Assembly (NCBI GenBank): GCA_964566535.1
Contig: CAZMIO010000007.1
Location: 1 to 56,808, forward strand
Length of the DNA stretch: 56,808 nt
Direction of reading: 5' to 3'
Origin: an uncultured Methanosarcinales archaeon
Lineage (GTDB): Archaea > Nanobdellota > Nanobdellia > Woesearchaeales > CAZOXR01
Under the pieces are notes generated by a model. It did not search any database. It was not told the DNA's origin and worked only from the letters and a program-made list of their open reading frames with translations. Made by a program: the position numbers and the translations under genes. Shown one piece after another: positions 45,795-56,012 of this stretch (positions are counted from its first letter, which is position 1; every line of letters starts with the position of its first letter).

Positions 45795-46700
45795 ATGAAT
45801 AATCAGGAATTAATTAGGGGAATAAACAAATTAAAGAAAGAGAAGAATGCAGTTATACTTGTGCATAACTATCAAGTTTCTGAGATTTATGAGGTTGCTG
45901 ATTTTTTAGGGGATAGTTTGGAACTGTGTCAGAAGGCTGCTAATACTGATGCTGAGATTATTGTTTTTTGTGGTGTTGATTTTATGGCTGAATCGGCTAA
46001 AGTGCTATCTCCTGATAAAATTGTATTGCATCCTGAGAAATTGGCTGAGTGTCCAATGGCTCAGATGGTTTCCGCTTCTCAGATTCTTGAGATGAAGGAG
46101 AAATATCCTTCAGCTGCTGTTGTTTCGTATGTTAACACTACTACTGAGGTTAAGGCGGTTTCAGATATATGCTGTACATCAGCAAATGCTGTTAAGGTTG
46201 TGGGTTCGTTGTCTGAGAAGGAGATCATATTTGCACCTGATAAGAATTTGGCTGCTTATGTTCAATCGAAATTGCCTGAGAAGAAGATAATTCCAGTTGA
46301 GGGTCATTGTTATGTTCATGATAAGATATTGGCTTCTAGCGTTAAAGAGGCTAAGAATAATTATCCTAATGCTTCAGTTGTTGTGCATCCTGAGTGTAGA
46401 CCGGATGTTGTTTCATTAGGTGATGTAGTTTGTTCAACTTCTCAGATGATCTCGTATTGTGGGGAAAGTGATGCTAAGGAGTTTATTATTGCAACTGAAT
46501 GTGGGATGATTAACAGGCTTGCGAGAGAGATTCCGGATAAGAAGTTTTATGCTATAGGTGGAGTATGCATACAGATGAAGAAGATTTCCCTTCAGAAGGT
46601 TTATGACAGCCTGAAAAATGAAAAGGTTAAAATAGAGCTAAGTGAAGAGGTAAGGTTGAAGGCTAAGAAAGCGCTTGATAGGATGTTGGAAGTTGTATGA
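45795..46700 (+). CDS. nadA: Quinolinate synthase
   Basis: VHNYQ, GDSLEL, CGVDFMAE, CPMA, YVNT, CTSANA and HPEC motifs. Confidence 0.97.
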   Translation: MNNQELIRGINKLKKEKNAVILVHNYQVSEIYEVADFLGDSLELCQKAANTDAEIIVFCGVDFMAESAKVLSPDKIVLHPEKLAECPMAQMVSASQILEMKEKYPSAAVVSYVNTTTEVKAVSDICCTSANAVKVVGSLSEKEIIFAPDKNLAAYVQSKLPEKKIIPVEGHCYVHDKILASSVKEAKNNYPNASVVVHPECRPDVVSLGDVVCSTSQMISYCGESDAKEFIIATECGMINRLAREIPDKKFYAIGGVCIQMKKISLQKVYDSLKNEKVKIELSEEVRLKAKKALDRMLEVV

Positions 46701-47638
46701 TGAATCGAAAGAAAACTTTGGAGAAGGCATTTCAGAGAGGACATTTGCTTAGTCTGAAGAATAAGTTTTATCTTGACTGGGTAAAGAAGTTTATTGTTGA
46801 TGAGACTAAAGGTGATGTTGGAGATATTGGAGATGTTACTTCTGATAGTGTACTTTCGAAGAACCCTGTTGTTAAGGCTAAGGTTTACGTTCGTGAAAGA
46901 GGGATTGTTGCTGGAGTAGAGGAAGTGAGTTATTTTTACAAGAACAATGGAATTAGTGTTAAGGTTTTGAAGAAGGATGGGAGCAGAGTAAAGAAAGGAG
47001 ATGTGGTTCTTAGGATTAGTGGGAAGCTAAAGGATTTACTTAGGATTGAGAGGAGTGCTTTAGACTTAATGCAGAGAATGTCAGGTATTGCTAGTTTGGC
47101 TGATTCGCTTATGGGGAAGGTTAAGGGAAGGATTGGGATTGCTCCTACGCGTAAGACTCAATGGAGATATTTAGATAAGAAGGCAGTTTATGTTGGTGGT
47201 GGACTTACCCATAGATTAGCTTTATGGGAATCTGTTTTGATAAAAGATAATCATTTGAAGGCTCTTCGGATGTTGGATGTTGAGGACGTTGTTGAGAGTG
47301 CTTTGAGGAATGCTGCTAAGAATAAGAAGGCTAACTTTATCGAGATAGAAGTTGTTAATCAGAAGGATGCTGTTCGGGCTGCTAAAGTGTTTAAGGAATT
47401 GAAATTGAAGAAGCCTTGTTTGATTATGTTGGATAATATTAATCCTTTGGGGATAAAGAAAATTATTAAGGAGTTGAAGAGGTTGAAGCTTTATGATTCG
47501 GTATTGATTGAGGCTTCCGGTGGAATCACTCCTGAGAAGGTTGTTTCGTTTTCTAAGAGTGGAGCTGATGTTGTTTCTTTGGGGTATTTGACACATTCTG
47601 TTAAAGTGTTGGATATTAAGCAGAAGATTGTTTCGTAG
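46697..47638 (+). CDS. nadC: Quinolinate phosphoribosyltransferase
   Basis: GDVTS, ER..L, TRKT, HR, IKDNH, MLDN and EASGGI motifs. Confidence 0.95.
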   Translation: MMNRKKTLEKAFQRGHLLSLKNKFYLDWVKKFIVDETKGDVGDIGDVTSDSVLSKNPVVKAKVYVRERGIVAGVEEVSYFYKNNGISVKVLKKDGSRVKKGDVVLRISGKLKDLLRIERSALDLMQRMSGIASLADSLMGKVKGRIGIAPTRKTQWRYLDKKAVYVGGGLTHRLALWESVLIKDNHLKALRMLDVEDVVESALRNAAKNKKANFIEIEVVNQKDAVRAAKVFKELKLKKPCLIMLDNINPLGIKKIIKELKRLKLYDSVLIEASGGITPEKVVSFSKSGADVVSLGYLTHSVKVLDIKQKIVS

Positions 47639-47674
47639 AAAATATATTTAAAGGGAATTAAATTACTTTTTCTA

Positions 47675-49237
47675 ATGGATAGTGAGATTTTAGTTATTGG
47701 AAGTGGGATAGCAGGGCTTAGTTTTGCTCTCAAGGCTAGTGAGTATGCTTTCGTAGTTTTGGTTACTAAGGATAAGATTTCAGAGTCAAACACTAAGTAT
47801 GCTCAGGGTGGGCTTGCTGCTGTTTCTGGTGAAGATGATTCTTTTGAGTTGCATGTTAAGGACACCCTTAGGGCTGGTGATGGGCTTTGTGATAAAGAAG
47901 CTGTTGAGTTTTTAGTTAAGAATGCTCCTTCTCAGATTGAATGGCTGCGGAAGATAGGAGTTGAGTTTGATTCTGAACTAAGTAATGAAGCTGTTCATTC
48001 TGCTAAGAGGATTGTTCATTCAGGTGATATAACTGGGGAAAGGGTGTCTGATGTTTTGGTAGAGAAGGTTAAGGCTAGTGATAGGATTAAGGTTTTTGAG
48101 GGTTGTCAGGCTGTTGAATTAGTTGTTGAGGACGGTAAGTGTGTTGGTTGCGATGTTTTGGATGTTGCTAAGGGTGATGTTTTTAGGGTGAGTGCTTCTG
48201 GGGTTGTTTTAGCAACTGGTGGACTTGGAAGAGTTTTTAAGAATACATGTAATCCTGAGATTGCTACTGGGGATGGTTTTGCGCTTGCATTTAATGCTGG
48301 TGCGGAGTTAATTGATATGGAGTTTGTGCAGTTTCACCCTACTGGGCTTTATGGTTCTGATCCGATATTTTTGATTTCTGAAACTTTGAGAGGGGAAGGG
48401 GGGCATCTTAGGAATAAAGATGGTGAAATTTATATGCTTAAATATCACAGAGATGGTGAATTGGCTCCAAGGGATGTTGTTTCTAAGTTTTCTGTTGATG
48501 AGATGAAACGGACTGGGACTGATCATGTTTTTTTGGACTTAACTCATATGGATTCTGAGTATTTGGTTAATAGGTTTCCTAAGATCCATAAGAAATGTTT
48601 GGAGTATGGTGTAGATTTGACTAAAGATAAGATTCCTGTTGCACCGACTGCCCATTATTCTTGTGGAGGGGTTAAGATTGATCTTAATGGTTGTAGTTCT
48701 GTTCCTGGGCTTTATGCAATTGGTGAAGTAAGTTGTAGTGGTTTGCATGGTGCTGATAGGCTTGCTTCTAATTCGCTTACAGAAGGTCTTGTTTTTGGGG
48801 AGAGTTTGAGTGAGTATTTGAAAGATAAGGTTAATGAAAGATCCATTGAATTAAAAATAATTAAAAATGACGATTTAACTAAAAAAAATATCAATAACAA
48901 AATATCAATAAATAATGAAATAATAATAAAAATTAAAGAAATAAAAGAAAAAATACAATCAATTATGTGGGAGAAGGTTGGGATAATTAGGAGTGAGAAG
49001 GATTTGAGTGAGGCTTTGGAAGTGATAAAGGAGATTGAGGAAGAGGTTAATGGGTTTTCTGGAGTTAGTAAGGAGTTGGTTGAGCTTAAGAATTTGATTT
49101 TGGTTAGTAAGGTTATTACTTTTTGTGCTTTACGTAGGAAGGAGAGTAGAGGGACTCATTTTATTTCTGAGTATGCTGTTCGGGATGATAAGGAGTGGGC
49201 GAATCATTTGGTTGTGGATAAGGAAAGTTTTCAATAA
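47675..49237 (+). CDS. nadB: L-aspartate oxidase
   Basis: GSGIAG, YAQGG, QFHPT, LISETLRGEG, ELAPRDVV, GLHGADRLASNSL and ESRGTH motifs. Confidence 0.95.
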   Translation: MDSEILVIGSGIAGLSFALKASEYAFVVLVTKDKISESNTKYAQGGLAAVSGEDDSFELHVKDTLRAGDGLCDKEAVEFLVKNAPSQIEWLRKIGVEFDSELSNEAVHSAKRIVHSGDITGERVSDVLVEKVKASDRIKVFEGCQAVELVVEDGKCVGCDVLDVAKGDVFRVSASGVVLATGGLGRVFKNTCNPEIATGDGFALAFNAGAELIDMEFVQFHPTGLYGSDPIFLISETLRGEGGHLRNKDGEIYMLKYHRDGELAPRDVVSKFSVDEMKRTGTDHVFLDLTHMDSEYLVNRFPKIHKKCLEYGVDLTKDKIPVAPTAHYSCGGVKIDLNGCSSVPGLYAIGEVSCSGLHGADRLASNSLTEGLVFGESLSEYLKDKVNERSIELKIIKNDDLTKKNINNKISINNEIIIKIKEIKEKIQSIMWEKVGIIRSEKDLSEALEVIKEIEEEVNGFSGVSKELVELKNLILVSKVITFCALRRKESRGTHFISEYAVRDDKEWANHLVVDKESFQ

Positions 49238-49268
49238 TTTTATATATTACATATAACTTCTTAGTAAT

Positions 49269-49532
49269 ATGAGATACGTACCAAGCCAAGAAGAGCATGA
49301 ATTGCGAATGGGTGTGGCTAATGAATTCTACCAAGATTGGTTAGCTGCAATTGGTGTTGATGATACTAAAGCAGTGGTTGGAATTAATATGTCTGTTGGA
49401 TATGTTGCCTCACAAGGAAAGAAGAGGCGGGAAGAAACAGGAAGGGCTTATGATATTTTACATCCGCTACTAATGGCTGATATTAACAGAGCTGTACAAA
49501 CAAGACTTGAAGCTACTGCGACAAGAGGATAA
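49269..49532 (+). CDS. Hypothetical protein
   Basis: 87 aa with TTTATATA ~23 nt upstream. Confidence 0.6.
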   Translation: MRYVPSQEEHELRMGVANEFYQDWLAAIGVDDTKAVVGINMSVGYVASQGKKRREETGRAYDILHPLLMADINRAVQTRLEATATRG

Positions 49533-49569
49533 TTCTAGTTTAATATTAATCCAAAAGTTTTTATAGAAA

Positions 49570-50514
49570 TTATTTAGAAGTTCTCCTTGCTCCCATAACT
49601 GGATGCCCCCATTCTGTAGGTAGACCAAACACGCCCCTACCTAAATAGGGATGGGTGGTCTCTCTGTCAGGTAGTCTTTCAACATAGACCTCAACGCCCT
49701 CTCCTTGTTTATACCTAACTGGAACTGATCTGCTGTATTTCCACTCGGAAACATCTAGGAAATCTACATGGACATCTCCCCACCTATCAAACGTCAAAGC
49801 AGCGTGTAATGGTCTATAGTTTTCATCAGGGGTATTTGTTTGTGAAGCAGACGCTTGTGTATTTCTTCCTTCCAATGGTCTAGACTTCGGCCTCTTTGCA
49901 TCAGTACTAGGTAAAAATAAATCTCGATATGCTTGAGGAAAATTAATACAAAAGTGAGAAAGAGGTATTCGTCTTTCATATGTAACTTCTCCAGGTTCAC
50001 CTTCAAATGGAATTTTATCTGAGCTGATAGGAAGAGTCATACCAATAAGCCTAGGATCACTTGCATGCAGCCCAGAAGTCCTATTCAGCGCTGCATATCC
50101 CCGTGTTATTCCTTCTTCATCAGGTCCTTTCATTTCTACTAAAACATGATGTGTAATATAGGTTATATCATTCCGATAATCTAACAAAGTATTGGTTGCA
50201 AGGGTAATATCCATTTCCTCTCTTTCTTCCAGATATGTTGCAACCATACCTCTGAACTCTTCCTGAGCTGCCATTCGAATCAACTGCCAAGCAGAAGGCA
50301 TTGTAAAATGAGTATGGTCAAACTCTTCATCAGCATGGCCCATTAAGATTCCCCGGGTTGTTTCTATACCGAGTCTATGCTCCAACCCAACCTCCAGACT
50401 TTCTCTTCTAGTGTGAGAACGACCAAACTGCGCATGTGCAGGTATTGCAATATGTGTTGAAAATTCCCTCGCCAGATCATCTTCCGCCATGTAACTCTCC
50501 AATAATTTAATCAT
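49570..50514 (-). CDS. Hypothetical protein (ORFan-like)
   Basis: 314 aa ORF; the start may be the internal MAEDD after GGAG; no recognised motif. Confidence 0.65.
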   Translation of the reverse strand: MIKLLESYMAEDDLAREFSTHIAIPAHAQFGRSHTRRESLEVGLEHRLGIETTRGILMGHADEEFDHTHFTMPSAWQLIRMAAQEEFRGMVATYLEEREEMDITLATNTLLDYRNDITYITHHVLVEMKGPDEEGITRGYAALNRTSGLHASDPRLIGMTLPISSDKIPFEGEPGEVTYERRIPLSHFCINFPQAYRDLFLPSTDAKRPKSRPLEGRNTQASASQTNTPDENYRPLHAALTFDRWGDVHVDFLDVSEWKYSRSVPVRYKQGEGVEVYVERLPDRETTHPYLGRGVFGLPTEWGHPVMGARRTSK

Positions 50515-50593
50515 CTATAAATTTTTTGGTTTTGTTAATATAACAGCTTTTAACACAAAAGTTTTTATAGAATTTAAGATAATTTAATAGAAT

Positions 50594-52846
50594 ATGTATG
50601 AATTAATTATAACAGAGAAGCCGAATGCTTCGAAGAGGATTGCTGAAGCATTGGCCGAAGGGAAGCCGATAAGAGAAGGGAAAGACGGAGTTTACTTCTA
50701 TAAGATAAGCCGTGGGAAGCAAGATATTGTTGTAGCATGTGCTGTTGGTCATCTTTATGGGCTTGCTCAGAAGGAAGGGAAGAAATGGAGCTTTCCTGTT
50801 TTTGATATTGAATGGAAACCTACATGTGAGACAAATAAGAGTTCTGCTTTTACTAGAAAGTATTTGAATACTATAAAGAAGCTTGCTAAGGAGGCTACAG
50901 AATTTACGGTTGCTACAGATTATGATATTGAGGGAGAAGTTATTGGACTGAATGTTGTTAGGTATGCTTGTAAGCAAAAAGATGCCAATAGAATGAAGTT
51001 CTCTACTCTTACTAAGGATGAGTTGATTGAGGCTTATGAGAATAAGAGTAAACAGTTAGATTGGGGACAGGCTAAAGCTGGGGAGACTAGGCACTTTCTA
51101 GATTGGTTTAATGGGATTAATTATTCAAGAGCGCTTACTTCTTCGATTAAGAAAGCTGGTTCGTTTAAGTTAATGTCAACTGGAAGGGTGCAAGGGCCTG
51201 CTTTGAAGATAATTGTTGATAGAGAGAAAGAGATACAGAAATTTAAACCGGTTCCTTTTTGGCAGATTGAGCTTAATGGAGAGATGAAGAAGGAAGCTGT
51301 TGATGCATGGCACAAAGAAGATAAATTTTGGGATAGGAAGGAAGCTAGTCAAGTAATGAAGAATGTTAAGGGTGCTAAGAAAGGTGTTATTTCTAAGGTT
51401 GAGAGAAGGGAGTTTAAGCAAGCTCCACCAACCCCGTTTGATCTGACTGCAATGCAGGTTGAGGCTTACAGATGTTTAGGGATACAACCAAAAGAAACTT
51501 TGTCTATTGCTCAAGAACTTTATACTGCTGGATATATATCATATCCCCGTACATCATCTAATCAATTACCTCCTCAAATCGGTTATAAGAAAGTTTTGAA
51601 TAAGATTGCAAAGCAGGAGATGTATGCAGACTTATGCAAAGGGATTCTTGCTAAGAAAAGTTTAGCGCCAAACAATGGGAAGAAATCAGATCCTGCTCAT
51701 CCTGCCATTTATCCTACTGGAAATACTCCTAATTTAGATGAACGGGAAGCTAGAGTTTATGATCTAATCGTTAAAAGATTTTTAGCTACTTTTGCTGATG
51801 CTGCTGTTAGGGAGACAATGACCGTTGATATTGATGTTAATAAGGAGCTTTTTGTTGCTAAGGGAACTAGAACTGTTGAGAAAGGGTGGCATGAATATTA
51901 CGCCCCATATGTTAAGTTGGAAGAGCTGACATTGCCTGATGTTTCCGAAGGTGATGAAGTTAAGGTTAAGAAGATTACTTTGCATGACAAGGAAACTCAG
52001 CCTCCAAAAAGATATACTCCTGCTTCTATAATTAAAGATCTTGAGAAGAGAGGTCTTGGAACTAAGGCTACGAGGTCTGAGATTGTTGAGACTTTATTTA
52101 GAAGAGGTTATGTTGATGGCAAGACAATTGAGGCTACAAAGTTAGGGATAAGGACGATTGATACACTGGCTAAGCATAGCCCTCAGATTGTTAGTGAGGA
52201 ACTTACAAGGCATTTTGAAAGTGAGATGGAGAAGATAAGAGGAGGAGAGGTTAAAAGTGAGAAGGTGCTTTCGGATGCTAAGGATGCTTTGGGTAAGATA
52301 ATTAATGATTTTAAGAAGAATGAACTGAAGATTGGTAAGGAATTATTGGCTGCAAATATTGAGACAAGGGATGAGCTTAGCTTTTTAGGTAAGTGTGTGA
52401 AGTGCAAGAAAGGAGATTTGCAGATGAGAAGGGGGAAGTTTGGTCAATTTGCTGCATGCAACAAATACCCTAAATGTAAGACAACTTATTCCCTACCCAA
52501 TAATGCTTTGATTAAGCCTGCTAAGAAGGTTTGCGAGCAATGTGGGCTGCCTATTGTGCTTGCTATTAAGAAAGCTAAAAGGCCGCAGGAATTTTGTTTG
52601 AATCCTGACTGCCCAAGTAAACAACTTGAAGGGGAGGCATTGAAGGAGGCTAAGAAGTTTGAGGCTGGTAAGGTTGAGAAGCCATGTCCTACATGTAAAG
52701 ATGGGAAGTTGTTGTTAAGGTCAAGTGTTTATGGTAAGTTTTATGGCTGTGATAAGTTTCCTAAGTGTAAGTATACTGAGAAGTTAGTTGAGGAGCCTGT
52801 GAAAGATGAAGTTGAGGAGAAAGGGGAAAGTAATAAAAAGAAATAA
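50594..52846 (+). CDS. topA: DNA topoisomerase IA with C-terminal zinc ribbons
   Basis: ITEKP, ATDYDIEGE, STGRVQ, catalytic ISYPRT, AHPAI, GTKATR and three C4 ribbons. Confidence 0.96.
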   Translation: MYELIITEKPNASKRIAEALAEGKPIREGKDGVYFYKISRGKQDIVVACAVGHLYGLAQKEGKKWSFPVFDIEWKPTCETNKSSAFTRKYLNTIKKLAKEATEFTVATDYDIEGEVIGLNVVRYACKQKDANRMKFSTLTKDELIEAYENKSKQLDWGQAKAGETRHFLDWFNGINYSRALTSSIKKAGSFKLMSTGRVQGPALKIIVDREKEIQKFKPVPFWQIELNGEMKKEAVDAWHKEDKFWDRKEASQVMKNVKGAKKGVISKVERREFKQAPPTPFDLTAMQVEAYRCLGIQPKETLSIAQELYTAGYISYPRTSSNQLPPQIGYKKVLNKIAKQEMYADLCKGILAKKSLAPNNGKKSDPAHPAIYPTGNTPNLDEREARVYDLIVKRFLATFADAAVRETMTVDIDVNKELFVAKGTRTVEKGWHEYYAPYVKLEELTLPDVSEGDEVKVKKITLHDKETQPPKRYTPASIIKDLEKRGLGTKATRSEIVETLFRRGYVDGKTIEATKLGIRTIDTLAKHSPQIVSEELTRHFESEMEKIRGGEVKSEKVLSDAKDALGKIINDFKKNELKIGKELLAANIETRDELSFLGKCVKCKKGDLQMRRGKFGQFAACNKYPKCKTTYSLPNNALIKPAKKVCEQCGLPIVLAIKKAKRPQEFCLNPDCPSKQLEGEALKEAKKFEAGKVEKPCPTCKDGKLLLRSSVYGKFYGCDKFPKCKYTEKLVEEPVKDEVEEKGESNKKK

Positions 52847-52863
52847 ATTCTGAAAGTAGTTAT

Positions 52864-54111
52864 ATGGGCAATTATACGGGCGTTTTTGATTACAAGATAG
52901 AGACTCCGGTTTGTAATATTCTGATAGATTTTGAGCAAGGGAGTGCAGAGTATTTCTTTAGTATGGTTGATAGAGATAGATTTGTTAGTGTAATTGTGGG
53001 TGCTATTAAGGATAGTGGGTATAATGATATCAATTTAAAGATTGCTATAAGGATTCGGCCTAATGATATAATGGGTGTAAGAAGGGATATAGGAGATCAA
53101 CATAGGAATAGGCCTAATGAGGAGATTAGGCATTTAAGTAAAAGTTATAAGCAAGCTTATGTTAAATCAAAAGAATTTCTTTCAGGAGAATATATTGTTT
53201 ACATTGAATTCACAGAGACCTTAAGGAGATACTATATTGACATATATAATGATACAATAAGAAATAATGATATGGCTAATGCAAATATTAGAACTTTTAT
53301 TGATGCAATTGAGGGACATTTTAAAACTATCTATCCGGATAGATTATATGGAATCTTAGCACATGAAATTACACACTTATGGCATATGAAAAAAAGTAAG
53401 GCATTAAAATATGCTAGTAGAAATAAGAGAAGATTTAGTAAGATTTCTGGTGGAATAGATATTGAAGTTGGAGCGTTTAATAATGTTTTATTTAGTTATG
53501 GAAAGGAAAATTTCATTATAGGCCTTAATGAAGTTATTGGGTCTTTTAGGTCTATGTATGTCCTTTTTAGGAAAAGGTTTATTGATTTTACAATGCAACT
53601 TTGTACTGAAGGGATGGCTACTTTCATGGAATTATATGCAACTGGAAAAGAAATTGATGATGATAAAATCTTTAGGGATGCTTTAGAGACTGCGAGAGAA
53701 TTAAAAGATAAATTTAGGATTTTTTTAACTGATTTTGAAGGTATTATTGGATTAATTAGAAGGGCTCATGGTCAAACTAGGGAAGTTGGGAACTTCATGC
53801 CCCTGGTTAAAAGAAGTAGAGATCAATATGAATTGCATTGTCGAGAGATAAATAAGTTTTTTGAGGCGTTAAATTTGGGATCATATAGTATTGGTTTGCT
53901 TATACCTGTTACATTATATTTACATAGCGATCATTCTGTAGAAGAGATAGGTAAAATGAAACCTACTAATTTGATTGATGAATATTGCAAAGTTTCGACT
54001 ATAATGGGAAGGCAGCCAGTTGTATCGACTAGTCATTTTCACAGAGGAGCATTTGATGTTAGGGACTGTATAACTGAGTTTAACAGATTGAGGAAGGGAT
54101 TGAAGATTTAA
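52864..54111 (+). CDS. Putative zinc metallopeptidase-like protein (gluzincin pattern)
   Basis: LAHEITHLWH (HExxH) plus downstream EGMATF. Confidence 0.6.
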   Translation: MGNYTGVFDYKIETPVCNILIDFEQGSAEYFFSMVDRDRFVSVIVGAIKDSGYNDINLKIAIRIRPNDIMGVRRDIGDQHRNRPNEEIRHLSKSYKQAYVKSKEFLSGEYIVYIEFTETLRRYYIDIYNDTIRNNDMANANIRTFIDAIEGHFKTIYPDRLYGILAHEITHLWHMKKSKALKYASRNKRRFSKISGGIDIEVGAFNNVLFSYGKENFIIGLNEVIGSFRSMYVLFRKRFIDFTMQLCTEGMATFMELYATGKEIDDDKIFRDALETARELKDKFRIFLTDFEGIIGLIRRAHGQTREVGNFMPLVKRSRDQYELHCREINKFFEALNLGSYSIGLLIPVTLYLHSDHSVEEIGKMKPTNLIDEYCKVSTIMGRQPVVSTSHFHRGAFDVRDCITEFNRLRKGLKI

Positions 54112-54163
54112 CTTTTGACTTAATGCTAAAGATTTAAAAATGAGGTCTGTTTCTTAAGTATTC

Positions 54164-55963
54164 ATGAAAAAATTAATTTTGTTTGTTATTTTGCTGGCAG
54201 TTGTTCCTTTTGTAGTTGGTAAGGAAGGTCATATGACTTTACTTGCTGTTCAGGAAGGAAGTGATGGTTATAGTGGTGCTATTGCTGACCTTTATCTTGA
54301 GATTATTCCTGGTTCTGGTAGGGTTTTTCTTGAGACGTTTCCATTACTGAAGATTGACACTCAAATATCTACTCGGTTTGCTAAGGAAATAGCTTGTGAT
54401 TATTTGAATGCGGACTGTGAGAGGTATGATTTCATCTATACAATAAATTCTGGTTCTGTCATTGTGGGTGGACCGTCTGCTGGTTCTTCGATTGCTACTA
54501 TGACTATACTGATGCTTCAAAATAAAGCAATAAATGAAGAGATTGCAATGACTGGAACAATAAATTCTGGCGGAATTGTTGGGCCTGTTGGTGGTTTGAA
54601 GGATAAGATTAGGGCTGCTTCTGAGAATGGAATTAAGACGGTGCTTATACCTAAGGGAGAGAGGTTCTTTAGTGAAGGGGAGGTTAATATAAGTATTAAT
54701 TCAACTATTAATGAAACTAGTGATGAGATTGATTTGTATGAGTTAGGTAATGAGTTAGGGATTAGAGTTATCGAAGTAGGGAATCTGGATGACATAATGT
54801 ATATTTTTACCGGGAAGATTAAGGAAGAGGAGGAGGTTAATTTTGATGTTAATTCCGGATATGCTGAGACTATGGAGAAGTTAGCTGCTGATCTTTGTAA
54901 GAGGAGTGATAAGTTAAAGAATAATGTTTTGGATGAAAGTGGAGAGTTTAACAATACATTTGAGGATGGTGTTAACCTAACTGAGAGGGGGAGGGTTGCT
55001 TTTGAGAGTGAGGACTTTTATTCTTCTGCCAGCTATTGTTTTGGTGCTAATGTGAAGTTTAGTTATATGTTTGTTGCAGGTCAGGAATTATCAAATGATG
55101 AGTTTATTGAGAAGATTGAGGTTATCCAGAATCAGATTGATGAGTTTAATGAGGTTTTAGATAGGAAGGAAGTAAGGACGATAACTGATTTAGAGGCTTT
55201 TGTTATTGTTAAAGAGAGGTTGACTGAGGCTTCAAATGAACTGAATGATGCTATCTCTGAGATTGAAGGGAATAATACTGAAGGGAGCTTTCAGAAGGTA
55301 GCTTATGCTTCTGAGAGAGTTAATTCTGCTCACTCGTGGTTTAATTTCTTTGACAATAGAGGGAAGAGGATTAATCTTAACAAAGAGAATCTTAGGGAGA
55401 CTTGTCAAAATAAGCTTCAGGAGGCTGAAGAGAGGTTCTTGTATGTTGAGACTTTTATTCCTGGCGGGATAATTGAGACAAAAAAAGAGATTGATTTAGC
55501 CTATGAGGATTTGAATAATGGAGATTATGAACTATGTTTGTTTAAGGCTAGTAAAGCTAAGGCTGAATTGGATGTTTTTTTGAGTGTTCTTTATGTTGGA
55601 GAGGATAAGATTGAAGAAATTACTTCTCAGAAATTAGATGTTGCTCGGAAGAGTATTTTGAAGCAGATTAAGAAGGGAGCTTTTCCAATTTTGGGATATT
55701 CTTACTATGAATATGCGAATTCCCTTAAAGGGGGGGATGATTACTCTACTCTTTTGTACTTAGAGTATGCTAGAGAGCTAAGTAATCTTGACTTATATTT
55801 TAAGAATGGGAAGAAAATTGGCTTTGTTGTTGATAGGGAGTCTTTATTTTATATATTTGGGGTTATAAGCGGCATAGTAGTTACAATTGCTAGTATCATA
55901 ATATTTAAAAAGATAAAAAACCCAAGCAGAACACAGAGTGTTCTGCTGGGAAAAAAGAGGTGA
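54164..55963 (+). CDS. Secreted membrane-anchored Lon-like (S16) serine protease without ATPase domain
   Basis: Signal peptide; GPSAG Ser and VGGLKDK Lys dyad; helical region; C-terminal TM. Confidence 0.9.
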   Translation: MKKLILFVILLAVVPFVVGKEGHMTLLAVQEGSDGYSGAIADLYLEIIPGSGRVFLETFPLLKIDTQISTRFAKEIACDYLNADCERYDFIYTINSGSVIVGGPSAGSSIATMTILMLQNKAINEEIAMTGTINSGGIVGPVGGLKDKIRAASENGIKTVLIPKGERFFSEGEVNISINSTINETSDEIDLYELGNELGIRVIEVGNLDDIMYIFTGKIKEEEEVNFDVNSGYAETMEKLAADLCKRSDKLKNNVLDESGEFNNTFEDGVNLTERGRVAFESEDFYSSASYCFGANVKFSYMFVAGQELSNDEFIEKIEVIQNQIDEFNEVLDRKEVRTITDLEAFVIVKERLTEASNELNDAISEIEGNNTEGSFQKVAYASERVNSAHSWFNFFDNRGKRINLNKENLRETCQNKLQEAEERFLYVETFIPGGIIETKKEIDLAYEDLNNGDYELCLFKASKAKAELDVFLSVLYVGEDKIEEITSQKLDVARKSILKQIKKGAFPILGYSYYEYANSLKGGDDYSTLLYLEYARELSNLDLYFKNGKKIGFVVDRESLFYIFGVISGIVVTIASIIIFKKIKNPSRTQSVLLGKKR

Positions 55964-56012
55964 TAGATAATGATACCCAGTTCTTATTCAGAAGTAGAGT
56001 ATCATTACTCAC
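55915..56012 (-). ncRNA. Candidate two-hairpin antisense sRNA (alternative: + strand 32-aa ORF 55970-56068)
   Basis: Minus-strand TATA TTTAAATA at ~56037-56044; hairpin TAATGATAC/GTATCATTA; linker ATCACCTCTTTTTT; hairpin CCCAGCAGAACAC/GTGTTCTGCTTGGG; then a T6 tract. Confidence 0.45.
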
